A stretch of 64,000 nucleotides of DNA, taken from NCBI RefSeq assembly GCF_001194135.2, contig NC_068984.1, positions 76,076,620 to 76,140,619 on the forward strand. The letters run 5' to 3'. Shown here in pieces: positions 40,290 through 53,957 of the stretch. Position numbers and translations under genes: made by a program. Each line of letters starts with the position of its first letter. Positions within the stretch are counted from its first letter, which is position 1. Origin of the DNA: Octopus bimaculoides (lineage: Eukaryota). The notes under the pieces are model-generated. The model saw only the letters and a list, made by a program, of their open reading frames with translations. It ran no database searches and was not told where the DNA came from.

Positions 40290-40660
40290 AGTTCAAGACT
40301 CAGTCAAGTCAATTTTGCCATTTGTCCTTGGGGAAGGGGGGGGGGTCGATAAATTAAGTACCAGTTACGTACTGGAGTTGATGTAATCAACTTAACCCCT
40401 GCCCCCAAATTTCAAGCCTTGTGCCTATTGTAAAAAGGACTATCATTATTAGTAGTAGTAGATGATGGTGAATTTCAGAAATGATAGCATGCTGGGCATA
40501 ATGCTTAGCAGCTTTTCTTCCAGCTATTTTGCATTCCAAGCTAAAATGCAGCCCAAATGGACTTTGCCTTTAGTCCTTTTAGGCATTGGGTTTTGAGCAC
40601 TTGGAATGATGTAATTGACTTACCCTCCTCTTAAAAATTGCAGGCCTTGTGCCAAAATTA
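40290..40660 (+). mobile_element. Two adjacent SINE family B copies
   Basis: TCAATTTTGCC...GGGGTCGATAAATTAAGTACCAG...CTTGTGCCTA, and a second copy from about 40475. Confidence 0.65.
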
Positions 40661-41345
40661 GAAAAAATTATAATTAATTATTACAGACAAGTTGAATACT
40701 GAAAAAAAAAAAAATTTCTGGTAAATAACTTTTTGCATGCTTGTATAGCAACTGCTAATGCATCTAGGAGGTGCTTGAACATCACCCAATGTCATTTTCC
40801 TTGATAATAAACTTGCAATTTTATCAATGGGGTTGGGGGGAAAAAAGAAAATTTTGTCATAAAACTACTTCATTATTACATGACCATATATGAACTTGTA
40901 CATTAGCAGCTGATAGCAGAAACATAAAGACATTGGGCAAAATAGCTTGTGGAATTTAATTACATCTGATATTTGAATTTCACCCAGGCCAGTTTTAACG
41001 TCAATCTTTAAGAAGCAGATGAAATAAGCACCAGTCATATACAGGCAGTATGAAACCAGTATCCCAGCATGACTACAGTCCGAGGAATAAACTAGTAAAA
41101 GAAATGTATTTACAAATTCATACACCTTTTTTGAGTGCATATGTTTTAATAAAGAATATGTGAAAAAAACTAATATTATTTATGTAAACTTGAAAATGCG
41201 TTTTAAAACCTCTTTCCTTTGGCATACTCATAATTGAAGCTGAAAGTCAGTATTCTTTACCCACCCCTTTTTCCAAAGCTATATCAGGAAATTTGACTAA
41301 CTGAAAACTTAGGAGAGAATGCCTCTCCTTCAGAGTAGAATTTCT

Positions 41346-41378
<33 letters not shown>

Positions 41379-41695
41379 AAGCAATACCAAGCCATACATA
41401 CATTACAATTATCATCTTCAATACAAAATATTTGTCCCTGCCAACTAAGAACTGAATGAAATGTACTATCACAAGTAAGCAAATGGATATATATTGATAT
41501 ATGCACAATTGATCACAGACACAATGCAAGTAATCAGTTTTCTAAAGTGTTTTAAAGTAAGAAAAGTTACCTTAAAACATCATCATCATCAACATAATCT
41601 AAAAATATACTTTTGAGATAAATTTTTCACTCTTATGCTGGCAAGAAAGGCAAGAGAGATGAGGAGCTTAGCAGTTTATTAATCCCGGAGCAAAC

Positions 41696-42605
41696 TTAAC
41701 CCTTTCGTTACTATATTTCTGACCAAAATACACTCCTCATGAGTTTCAATCAAATTCTAAAATAATCATGAATTTAGACTAATCTCATTAAATACCTGTA
41801 ACTTTTTTATTTATCAACATATTAATTGATATTTGGAACATAATTAAAGAAAGGGTTCTTAATCAATTCTATTGCATAATTTTTGTCTCAAAGTTCTCCA
41901 TGTACTGAGGTACTGCTAGTGTCTCTCACATGTAAATATTGGTTCAGCTTCACGAATCGTACTCGTTCATAATACTGGAAATATATTCATCGCTCTAGTA
42001 ATTTGTTATTCTGGGTAACTGTCTGATACCCATAATAATATTTATGGCAAAAAATGCCCGTATTTCAACTACAGTTGCAGGAAACCACAAGCTATCTTTT
42101 TTTTCCGGCTTGTTTACATTCTGCGTAACGGTTTGTTTCCGCAGTAATCATTTCAAACAAGCATGAAAAAGAAGTCTAAAGGTTTCGCTTCCTGAGAAAG
42201 ACGATGGGTAGACCCTATCTCCTCAGAAAAATTGTTAATAAAAATATTTTNNNNNNNNNNCATTCACCACGTGCTTTTGTAGCTCATTCATTCTTTTCTT
42301 CGATATCTCCATATCTTATGTTGAAAAACCTTCAAATTCGGAATCACTGCTTGATAGCATGAAACTCCTCTCCATCTTCAAAGTTGAAAAATATTAACGC
42401 CGCAAAAAATGTGGAAAAAAATCTTCCAAAATTCACTGAGTTCAAATATCACGCCAAACAATGTCGGAGACAATAACTCAACTGTTTGCAAAGTGAAATC
42501 AGGTGTTTTAACGAATGTACTAACGAGATTTGGGTTCAAATATACATTTAAATAACAATGGGTACTCTTGGCCGGACACGGCCGGGTTAGTAACGAAAGG
42601 GTTAA
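41696..42605 (-). mobile_element. Internally deleted piggyBac element
   Basis: TTAA-CCCTTTCGTTAC at 41696 and GTAACGAAAGGG-TTAA ending 42605 give perfect 12-bp TIRs plus a TTAA TSD. The interior carries a piggyBac transposase remnant. Confidence 0.88.
41890..42375 (-). pseudogene. Truncated piggyBac (PGBD/DDE_Tnp_1_7-like) transposase, N-terminal part
   Basis: Across stops, frameshifts and a 10-N gap it reads MERSFMLSSSDSEFEGF..., KPLDFFFML, ITAETNRYAE, WFPATVVEIRAFFAINIIMGIRQLPRITNY and NQYLHVRD. These match piggyBac motifs recalled from the family (acidic N-terminus, ETNRYA, EI.AF.G..I.MG, YWS, YLH). Confidence 0.8.
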
Positions 42606-43586
42606 CTCCTTCATGACTATTACTGCAAACAAATAGACTTCATTTACATTACAATTAATTTTCAATATAAACAACCCAAGATTGATCTGGTTCGCGCTTA
42701 TCACCAGAGGCCAGTGCAAATAGGTATGATATGGTTGTAATAGAGACTTTAGTCTCTCTCTATCACCTTTCAACAGCATTATATATGAAGAGACATTAGA
42801 ACAATTAACAACATAATAAAAAGGTTTTATTTATGATGATGCTTGGTTTCACAATTCCTGTCATTCTGCTTAGCAGCCGCTGATTACGTTGTAGTTTGGT
42901 AATGGAAGGTTAAGGGTTTCCTTGATGCCTGCCAGAGAACAGTGTAAAAGTGCTTTGTGGAGGAGCAAGGTGTTGTCACGTAGAAGGTCTCAGGCTAAAC
43001 TCGCTTCTCTCTTTAAGTACGAGTTTTACTACACATGCGCAACTCAAGGGGCTTCCAGTGGTGAAGTCCCCTGTGCATGCACAGAATAGTACTTCCTCAA
43101 TGCTGGCTATAATTTCGCGCCACTACAGGTTTAAATATCAGTAACTATGTAATGCTAGTACTGACCAACTTGAATCAGGTCAGGTTATGGAATTTTGATG
43201 AGGACTTGAATTTAAGTATGAATACTATTAAAGTGTATTAGAAGGAAGTTTTAAGTAGGATGAAAAAGCAAAGTAAATATAAGCATTATGTGAACTTTGA
43301 ATGTAGAGAGACAATATTCGGTAAGATATTTAGTATGGTGAATTACTAATTTGAATATTCCACGGTCAGTTTTGCAATGAGTATCAATAAGGTTGACAGA
43401 GTTGTTGGGGCATCTGAAAAAAATCCTTTCTTCCTATTTGGTTACATCTCATTAAGCTAAAATGGAAACTCCATTTAGGTTCCTTCATCTTTCATCCTTG
43501 TAAGGTCAATAAAATAAGTATTGTAGTTGATATAATTGACTATACCTTAGAAAATGGTGTCTTAACATTGCCTCTGTTCCAATGCC

Positions 43587-43811
43587 TTAACCCTTAGCAT
43601 GTAGATTATGGTCACAATGTAATGCTTATTTATTCACATTGTTTTGAATTAACCATGCATTATCTCAAAGCTCCAAGATTTCAATGTTGTGATTTTAATT
43701 TTAGAAATGACATTGTAAGATAGATATAAGAGGCTGGATCTAGCTAGTTTGAATGAAAAATAGGGAGAATATTTGCTCCAGATACAGCTGGTTTAAATGT
43801 TAAAGGGTTAA
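43587..43811. mobile_element. piggyBac-type MITE, family 1
   Basis: TTAA-CCCTTAGCATGTAG ... TAAAGGG-TTAA, collinear with 2049-2276. Confidence 0.8.
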
Positions 43812-44234
43812 ACCAATAAGATATGTGGATATCAATAATTTCCATTTCTATATACTAAGTTATTCACTCTGATGAGAATCTGACAACATTTTCTCAAAAG
43901 AACTAATAAATTATCTTTCTCAATACATAAAAGAGAACTAGCTAGCTTCAGTTAACTGGATATTTTACTTTTCTAAATATTGACTAACATATAAACCAGA
44001 GTCTCAAATTCGAAGGTGAGACAACCTATAATATCAACTCCCAGTATTTCATTGGCATTTACTTTATCAATTTCAGTGAGATGAAAAGAAAATTGACCTT
44101 GGCAATAAGAGTAAAGAGGTGTAACTTAATACTGTAACAAATAGTCTTAGCATTCTGTTTTGAGATATATATATATATTTTTTTGTTTTGTGTCTAGAAG
44201 AAAAGACAGGACCCATGACTTTTGTAGACCCCTT

Positions 44235-44510
44235 TAAGTGAAGTGAACTTAATGCCATTAACATTCAGTTTAAATTGTTGGAGGTCAACACCTGCAAGGA
44301 GATGGTTCCAGAAAATCAAAGTTCTAGAGAAGAAGGACTGAGTAGAGTAGTTAGTGTAGGACCAAAAGAGTGGAATGCAATAAGGGTGGCAAAACATGGA
44401 GAGATGAGTGGTTCAGATATATTTAAGAAGAGGTACAAAAATAGCCAACTCTGAGGAGCAAAAGGTGATCATACTAGCGATACAATAGACAAAGGAGATG
44501 GTGCACATCT
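44235..44510 (-). mobile_element. CR1/L2-group LINE 3' fragment
   Basis: Minus strand reads LLYR*Y..CSSELA...HPYCIP...QSFFSRTLIFWNHL...DLQQFKLNVN. This matches the C-terminal signature recalled for CR1/Daphne-like RT ORFs (LFYRYY..CS.ELA, SF.PRT..LWN.LP, DL..FK). Confidence 0.72.
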
Positions 44511-46186
44511 GTTAGTGAGTAAATCCACTCAGCCTTCAGTAGTTTTTGACTTTCAATAAAGGGAACAAATACACTTAATTTAATTATTGCTGTGTTCATA
44601 ACGAAATGGCATAATTCTTCCTTTGACCAGTTTGATAATATTTAGGGAAAAAAAAATAATCACCAGCACTGTCATGTGATATGATTTGAGTAATTTGAGT
44701 TGACCTCTTCTGAAATTGCCAGTTGCATCTCAGTCCATCTCTGTTGTCTTAAAGAAAAGTAAGCATTTCTGTATAGGGAACACCAATATGATGGACATTC
44801 CTAATATATTTCCAGAATTGACAAACATCATAGCCTTCTACTTCCACAGTAACTACAGCAGTCTCAGTCGTCAATCTTTCAACTCAAGTACTCCAAGTAT
44901 AATCTAATGAACAATGCTTTCCATTAGAAATAATAACAATTTATGATTTCTTACATTTGCACAAGGTGACAATTTCTGGGGGAAGAAAGCATATAGTTGA
45001 TTGAATCAATTCCAAGACATGGTTGGTAATCATTTTATTGATCTCAAAAGAATAAAAGAGAGGGTAAAAAGGGTAAGATTTCAGCTTAGAATAAAACAAA
45101 TAGAGAAGAGACTGGAAAACAGTTATGCAATTCAGTATAGTTTTGTTGTTCCAAAGTTAATCCAGCTTGCAAAAAATCAAAAATAAATTATTTGACATCA
45201 ATTTGATTTATTCATGGGTTTCCTTCTGGAACAAAGAGAAAATTAATTTCATAACCTCTTACAAGGTCCTGAACTGAATATGTAGACATTACACACATTA
45301 TTGTCAAATGACTAGTAGAAGCTATTCTAATATGCTGGTGTTGTAGGAAAAAATACAGAATATAAGAAATACTATCACTTTCAGAAACAAAATTTCAGCA
45401 AACACTACATTTACTACTTACTGTTTTTGGTTATATTTTTGTTGGGCAAAGTCTGAATTAGAGGTTACTCAATTTGTTTTTAATGATGCCAGCATAATTA
45501 TAGCCATTTCAAAAAGAAATGTATCCAAATCTAGCCAACCAAGAAAATTGTGTTGCTTTGCTTACAGAATAAATATCTTTGATATGTATAGTGATTTTTT
45601 TTTTTTTTTTTNNNNNNNNNNTTTTTTTTTTTTTTTTCTTTTGAAGTAGCAAATGTTCACTTTACTATTATTTTCTTTTCTTCATATATAACAACATAAT
45701 TATTTTCTTTTTTTGTCCCAACTTAATAGCCTGTTCAGAATTTTAGATCCAAAAATATTAGGAAAGAGATCTGATTTAAAAGATTATAAGTTGGAATCTA
45801 CTGAGAGATACCCAAGAACCAAGTGGAGGAAATAGTTTAAGTCTGCAACAAAATACCATGTACAGTCCATCAGAATTTCACATAGATTTCAGCTATCTAA
45901 TTTTCTTCACAATGTTTAAGTTGACCTGAGGTTATGACAAAAGACACTTGCTCAAAGTGCTGCACAGTGGAATAAAATCCAGAACCACATGGTGGTCAAC
46001 AAACTTCTTGATTGTAAGGTCATACACATAAAAATAAAACCACCCAAATTTCTGGTAGAAAATTAACAAAATGCTCCATTTAAAACTATATAAAAGATAG
46101 AGTAATATTTTAAAATTGTTCCAAATATTTAAGAGAAATGCTAAGAGAATATTGAAGAAAAATAACCATAAAAAAAGTCTAAGTGT

Positions 46187-46510
46187 GGCTATGTGAATAA
46201 GAAGTTTATTTCACAACCACATGATTTCATGTTCAATCTGACTGCATGGCAGATTGGTCAAGTGTCTTCTTAGGCTAATGTGTGTGTTTGTGAATGTTAC
46301 TAGTTCCACTTATTTGCATGAGACCATCTGATCAAAAGACGGTGATGTTATATTTTATACTTCCTGTGGACAATATATCCTGTAATTATGTACATTTGAA
46401 ATTTAGTGGAATGAAACATAATAAAAAAAAAATCTAAGGGCTGGCAACAGGAAGAGCATCCAGTCATAAAACGCTGTCCAAGTCATGCCAGCATTGATGT
46501 AAAACAAACA
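46187..46510 (+). mobile_element. SINE with family A head and RTE-like tail, degenerate
   Basis: GTGGCTATGTGAATAAGAAG head and AGGAAGAGCATCCAG...CATGCCAGCAT tail. Confidence 0.55.
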
Positions 46511-49434
46511 AATGAACATCATGAATTAGAAGTGTTCCCAGAGGTGGTGTACTGTACCCTGAAGTGACCAGGGCCATCAAGGGAAAAAAAAGTTGCAGAT
46601 GGTTTATCTAGTGCTATATTGTCTAATGCAGTTATGCGCTAACAACAGCCCACAAGGCTTTCTGAACGGCACACATGACAAAAAGATCACCTTGAATTTT
46701 TTTTAGTAGGGCAGCCTGCCTTAATGATGAGCCAGGTTTCATGTGGCCTGCTTCTCAAAAAGGGTTACCAATTACCGCTATATGCAGTAGTATGTACTGC
46801 TAGAAGTAGTAGTAAAGGTTCTCTCATATTTCAGGCCACTGCCTTAAATCATGTCTCTTGTGGACCACTTCTCGAAAAAGTTGCTTATGCCTAGTCTAAT
46901 GAATCCATTCTTTCCCGATCCGTAAGATGATTGTTTCATGTAAGTATATTTGGCTGTTATTTCTGAGTTAAAACAAAAAACCTGACACTTCAACCTCTCA
47001 CTCAGATGTGTTATGTGTTACCTTTGCTCTTTTTAAGCTCTTCTGACCTAAACAACTATACACCTCTCCACCCATATTTCTACCTTTCACTCTCACCTAT
47101 CAGATTCCATACAAATTCTCTTCACCCAATTCTTCTATCCCCCCACTCTAACCTATTGGAATTCTTTCCTTTGTCTATAGTTTTCTTATAGAGGTTCAAG
47201 CAAATTGAACATCAAGTGCATCAGTTGCATCAATCTTAGAGAGACTGGAAAAAAAGTGCTCCTTGTTGATTCCTGTCTTAGAAAATATAGAAACTACCTC
47301 ACTGACTTCATAGCAACCATGTTTAAGATAAAGTGATAAATACAAAAAGATACAAGAAGAATGATTAATAGTATGTGAGTTAGTTTATTTGCTTAACAGT
47401 AACTTAGTCATTGAGACAATATGAAATTGCAGTGTAACATGAACAGACATTACTGGTATGCAAAAGTAAATAACTTAGTTTACAAAATAAAAATTTGTTT
47501 TAAATGGAGGGTATGGAAGAATTTTCAATACACACATGCAATAAAATACAGATCTTGTAGTCCTGGTCTCAATTCCAATGCAGGGCACTTAAATTTGGTC
47601 GAAGGAAACTGTGTGGTAGTCTTTGAATATCTATACACACACACACACACACCCTTGTGAATGAATTTGTTAAATGGAAACTGTACAAAGCTCATGTGTG
47701 TGTTTATATTCTGTACTTCAACAAAACAAAATTACTGAGGTACAGTGACATTTTCTAATCAACAAATCAAAGATGTCAAAATCAAGCACAATGAAAACTC
47801 TTCATTTGAAAAATAGATGAATGCTAGCAACAGGAAGTGCATCCAGATGTAAAAACAATGTTACAATAATATATATTCATCTAATACATACTAGCATGGA
47901 AAAACCGGTATAAAATGAATGATTGATTATTAACACATAGCTTACATGTATATAGGGATTATTTCAAACTGTGATGAGTACACTTGACACATATGTTAAT
48001 CACACAAAACCAATGAAGAATAAAGAAATACTTTGGTTTACCAACACACAATTATTTTTAGAATGGAATGGCAGAATGTGTTTGCTTAATTCTTGTTTAC
48101 CTCTTTTTACTACTAGATCAATTCTCTTTCTCCCCAACCTAGGTCGATGAAATAAGTACCAGATAAAATAGTGGGATAAATATACTCAAAACCATTGAAT
48201 GCTTTGCCTTAAAATGACTGGAGTCCAATGAAAGAAACCAGAAAAAGAAGAATGTATATGATTTACATGCATATGTGTTTGTTTAGTCTTATGCCTATAT
48301 TTTTCATGTCAGCATGAGTTAGAAAACTTGATGTCTTTCCTGTCACTAACCTTTACCCATTTTTCAAGTAAGGGATCTCATATTCCATATGTATTAGAAG
48401 ATAGAAAGCCAGTGGGTGGTTTGCTGGTAAGTGACATGTTGTTACCACTTGCACCTTAGTCATTTTCAGAAAAGTGCAAATGTAAGCAAACACACACACA
48501 TTTACACAAACATCATGGGCTTCTTTCAACTACCATCAAACAAATCCATCCACAGGGCTTCAGTAAGCACAAGGCTATAGAAAGTGTTGCATAGTGGTAC
48601 TCAACTAGAAACCATGTGGTTGCAAAGCAAACTTCATAGCTATGCCAATATATACAAACATAATTGAATACACACACACATACAAAATTCTTATAGATAA
48701 ATTACACTTAACAGCCTTGAAAATACTGCTGCAACTGAGAGTCTTAATAAATAAGAGCAAAATAAACGAATCATGGAAGATAGAATAAGTGCCAGAGAAT
48801 GAGAAATGTTCCTTCCTCTTTTGTATATTGCTTATCATTTAGGATATGAAACATTCCTGAAGAAATATATCTTTAGTATTACAAAATTCCCAACAGGCAA
48901 AGAATTGTTTGTTTTCTGTATTACAAAATTATGTGTTTAAAACCGGCCAAAAACATAGTAAAGAGGAGAAACACTGAATTTTTGACAATATAAAATGCAT
49001 CCTTATTTTGAAAGCAAAGTTTTGGGAGACAAAAGCTACAATTGTATTTGAAAGATTTTTCTTAAAACTTCAAACTGATACTTTAAAAATGATATATTGC
49101 TAAAAAATGAACTCAAAGTGTCAAAATAAGAAAATACTATAAAAAAAAAAATTACTGTTATTCAGTTTGGTTCAAAACCTACAAGATCCTCATTGCTTTT
49201 ATTTTCACTTAAAATGAAATCATTGGATCCAATACTATGATTAAAGAGAATGTCATCTTTGGTCCCATTCATTGCATTCTGATATCACATTTCACTATAT
49301 CATGTATTTTTTCTCAAATTCTTCACCTTCATATGCACATCTGAGCAAGTATCAATCTTTTTCTTCATCCAGTAGGAGTTGTAACAAAATCCTTTTGTGG
49401 CATCCGGTTGTTCCATTCCCCTTTCATTAATGTC

Positions 49435-49603
49435 TTAACCCGTTTGTTACGATATTTCTGTTAACATATGTTGCCTTTGTTTCAATTGATTTTTAAAGTA
49501 ATGAAGAATTTAATAACCTTCTCATTATCAAGCTGGGCTCTGCATAAAATTTTGATGTCAAAACTTGGAGTGGTTTCAGGCAGGTTGGTATGGAAAGGGT
49601 TAA
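49435..49603. mobile_element. piggyBac-type MITE, family 2, inserted in the pogo remnant
   Basis: TTAA-CCCGTTTGTTACGATATTTCTG ... GAAAGGG-TTAA. Its left part is similar to the left end of the 41696 piggyBac. Removing it restores the pogo reading INQAF-K-TLM. Confidence 0.8.
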
Positions 49604-50160
49604 AAGGCTTGGTTAATAGAAACATCAAAAGGTTGTAATTGACTTGTTAAACTACTGGTTATAATAACCAGTTGTGTTTTTAACTCATTAGCTTTTTCTT
49701 TTCTTTTTTCTGTTTTATGTACTCATGATTTTGAAAATAATCTCAGATGAGGAGAGAAGGCTATTTTAATAAATCCCTTGGACATTTTGATTGGAATTTT
49801 CTCAAACTAAGGTAATATTCTGCCCTCAGACATCCATCCATTTCCATGTGTGGATGTAGACATCGCTGGGTAAATTTTCTTCAGACATTGTTTTCTTTTT
49901 TAGAATGGTTAATTTTGTTCCATCATCATGAAATGCAAGCACCACTGGATAATTTGAATGTTTTGTGTCCAGAAGTCTTTACAGTGGAAATTTTGGTACC
50001 TTTTATATCAATTGTTCTATTGTTCGCAACAACAAATGTTAACAGTTCCATCTATGTTTGCTATTTGAGAGAATTCAAATGAACCTTCTTTCCTTAACTG
50101 TATCATAAGCACAAATTTCCCTCTCAAACTTATTGGGTATTATTCTTTTTCTTTTATTTT

Positions 50161-50366
50161 TTTTACTTGTTTGAGTCATTTGGCTGCGGTCATGCTGGAG
50201 CATCACCTTAAAGGGTCTTTTAGTTGAAGAAATCGACCCCAGGACTTATTCTTTGTAAGCCTAGTACTTATTCTATCGGTCTCTTGCCAAACCTCTAAGT
50301 TACAGGGATGTAAACACACCAACATTGGTTGTCAAGCAATGGTGAGGGGACAAACACACACACACA

Positions 50367-50436
<70 letters not shown>

Positions 50437-50584
50437 GCTTCCTTCAGTTTCCATCTATCAAATCCACTCACAAGGCTTTGGTCAGCCCAAGGCTATAGTA
50501 GTAGACACTTGCTCAAGGTACCACAGAGTGGGACTGAACCTGGAACCATGTGGTTGGGAAGCAAGCTTCTTACCACACAGCCAT
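50161..50584 (-). mobile_element. SINE family A inserted in the pogo remnant
   Basis: Full head and tail, with pogo-like reading frames on both sides. Confidence 0.85.
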
Positions 50585-52512
50585 GCCTGCACCTATGTAT
50601 GCCTTTGAACAATTTCATTTTGGCTCTCATAACTAGGCTTTTGTGTTTTATGAATTGATAATACTATGATGCATTGCCAGTTAAATATTTTAATCTATTA
50701 TCACATGCAATACTTTTTGCTTCAAAAATTGTATTTATATTTGTAGAAACAGTCCCATTTATATTCAAGATCTTGAATTTTGCCTTTCTTTATCTTCCGG
50801 AAATTGAATTTATCACTCTTAATCATTTTCAATTTTTCTTCTTGATTGAGCCAGCAACAAATCATATTTTTTTGTTGATGGAGGATCAAAATGTCATATG
50901 GCAGCTCTATCTCCATGTTTTTATTCCGTGAATATTTAATCAGAATTTGAATTTTGCTATGTATGACAGTCTCCTTTCTTCAGACATTCAAGAGGGACGA
51001 AAGAAACAGAATGTATAATTAAGAAACAAGCTATTTTGCTTCCTATGTCTAAGATACAGTATTTCAGCTTCAAGTTACACATCCAACTTGATATTAAGCA
51101 CACACCAGACTTCTATGTAGTCAATTAAAATTGAAAAACTGATTAGGCAATTGCCAATGCTAATTGCAATAATCACTTTGGTCAACTACATCGCACTTTT
51201 GGTATTCAAGGTAAGCATTCAAAAACAAGGCTTAAAATTTTTCAATAACAAAAATGGCCTTATTCTACTCCACATTAAACAGCAGTTATTGTATATTTAC
51301 AAGCTCTTTTGCTCTCATCCATTACTATAATTAATATTCTTTATTTTTTGGTGGGGACCATTATAAAGAGTTAGGTTTTTATAATGAAAATACAGCTATT
51401 ATTATACTAAACATGCTTATTTAGACTTAAACACAACTTGTGTATACCATATATATACTGTTCATATCTTCAAATGTATAGGATGCAGGCAGATTTTGCC
51501 ATCAAGTTTTAAAGTAAAAAAGTATATCTTATACACCAAAAGGAAAAAAAACAAAAAAACACAGCAAAGGTAAATGAAAGATATTCAGAGTCAAAACTGG
51601 TTATAAAAGATATAATACAGAAATACACTACTCTTTGCTTTCTGGACGAATTAAATAATTGGAAACAAAATACAAATTACTTTTTACTTTTGTATAATAA
51701 CTATATACATGTTTCCAAGCACTGGTGCTGTACTAAAGAAGTGCCAATCCCCTCCACCATTCCTACTGATATATTATTATCTTAATGTACAAGCAGTCTT
51801 ATCATAATGATGGTGTTATGAGTGAGATGCAACACCTACCTAATGATAGTGCTGGTTGTGACATGCAGCATGCAGGTCTTGGATATCTAAATCTCGCAGA
51901 CCCCATCCTTTTCCAGGCCTACCAACATTGATTTCTTTCAATGAGAGAAGGAAATATGAACCGGTAGTTTATTATATATACTGATCTTGAAAGGATGACC
52001 AGTGAAGTTGAATGAGATGGAATCTAAACTCAGAACACCAACAACACTGCCAATTTGCCTACAAATAATTTGCATTTCATCTTTGGCCTGATTTTTATAG
52101 CTGGATGCTCTCCTAACAATCTTTTGTGTGTGTGTGTGTGTGTGACTATTGCTAGAGTTAGTTATGTCCTCAATATTACAGAGATATCACAACCTTACAT
52201 CTCTGCTCACCTACCAGCCTCTTTACAGAGTGAGAAGCTTGAGTGATAGTGGTATGACTGAGTGAAACAAAGGCTGTGTGATTGCAGGGTGGAATACTCA
52301 GTATTGTGGTAGGAATGCATGCTTAAGGCAATGTATCTGCAATGTGGCCAAGATGACAAGGGACTAGGTTTTGTCGGAGAGAAGCAACAAAAGTTTTTTC
52401 TCTTTTTCTTTTTTTGTTTTACATAGAAACTAAACAGCATGCATGTCTTCCAGGGATTTTTTTTTAACCCAGAATAGGCTAGCAATGTCGGCAACTCAGG
52501 CTGACCCCTCAT

Positions 52513-52650
52513 TTAACCCTTTCATTACCCTATTTCTAATGATATTGACATTTCAAATAAATGTTTAGATATTATTAAAATGATTTTTTCATTATTAAGC
52601 TGGTGTTTGATACAAAATTTTATATGCCTAAAATCATGATGGAAGGGTTT
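52513..52650. mobile_element. Degenerate piggyBac-type MITE, family 2
   Basis: TTAA-CCCTTTCATTACC start, shared TCATTATTAAGCTGGTGTT core, and a decayed GGAAGGGTT end. Confidence 0.55.
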
Positions 52651-53957
52651 CATTTAGTAGATATGATCACTTTAAGACAGGATTATTCTGATTAAAACCA
52701 AAGTGCAATATCACATTATATTAATAAAGATCTATTGGTAGAGAACAGGACACCAGTGTGATGCATACTTCACAGATAATCCTTTAAAAGCTTGCTTTTC
52801 ACTATAGAAATTACATTCTTTCAAGGTACAGACATGATCTTGAGGTTAAGAAGTTCGCTTTGCAACTATATAGTATCAGTTGTGTCCAACAGTGTAGAAC
52901 CTTTGGCAAGTGTTTCTACTATTAGTCCCTTACCAACCAAGACCTTGTGCATAAATATGGTAGACAGAAACTAAAAAGAATCTTGTAACACACATATATA
53001 GATATATATGTATATGTATTTCCTTGACTTGATATCACCCTAGATGTAAACAAATTTCACCATGATACAAGAAGTGACATTTTCTTCCCAATCTTCTGCA
53101 TGGAAAATTAAACATTATTAACATAGTGAGAATTATAAAAATGTCAAATTTTATCTGGAATGGAAAGTTCTTATACAAGAAGCTAACAATATTTTACTGT
53201 AGTAGAATTCTAGTGTATTAGGGAGTAATTTTATAGACATGACAAGACAGGGCAACATCAATATCAGCAGGATATGAACTCAGCCCAAATAGGAAACTAA
53301 CTATGCATCAGGATTTCAACCAATTTACCATCTTAGTAAAATACAATTAGCATAATACAAAGCCAAAATATTGATAGAGTTCTTAAAACATTAATAATCC
53401 AGAGTGTAAGCAAAAAGCACCCCCCACAAAAAAAAAACAATGGAAAGCTTACCTAGCAAAATCTTAGGTAATTCATGTAATAATGAGATTTCAGTTGGAA
53501 TTTTAATTCAAAATATTTATAATGGTAGGCTTCCTTTAGAAGGGTAGATTGGGACAGATTATTAAAATAGCCTTTGGCAGATCGACAAGCCAAAAAACAA
53601 TTTGAAAAATAACTTTTTACTCATTCTTTTTAAGTTACCTTAAGAGAAATCAAAAAAACACAACTGCTTTGTTTAAAACATTTAACAAGACGGTGCTCCA
53701 GCGTGGCCGCAGTTAATTGAATGAAACAAGTAAAAGAGTAAAGCACAATCATGATTTTGTTTAGCCCTAAGTCAGCCCTGACTGAATAAACTTTTGATCG
53801 AAGACATTTAAGCTGTGGTCATATTTTTTTTCAGGCACACTACAACAAAGACTACTTTATCTTATGTGCCTCTCTTCTGTGAAGACAGTATAGTGTAATT
53901 TAAAAGAAATACGGCTGCTATTTCTAATACTTCAAGAAACTGGGTAGAGATTAATAT

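Larger units (their letters stand above)
49162..50987 (-). pseudogene. Old pogo-type transposase remnant (BrkDBD / CENP-B HTH / DDE_1-like), interrupted by a MITE and a SINE
   Basis: Minus-strand fragments: MSEERRLSYIAKFK, KHGDRAA, NRTIDIKGTKISTVKTSGHKT, LKTQLVIITSSLTSQLQPFDVSINQAF|KTLMKGEWNNRM and NAMNGTKDDILF. These are collinear with pogo/POGK-type motifs (KTTGHEK, LQPLDVSINKPFK, NALDGTEDD). TIRs were not located. Confidence 0.8.

Noticed and set aside
42378-42779. 133-aa minus-strand ORF crossing the piggyBac end
   Set aside because: It spans the flank, the TIR and the non-coding leader of the element and stops just as the real transposase frame starts at 42375. A chance ORF.
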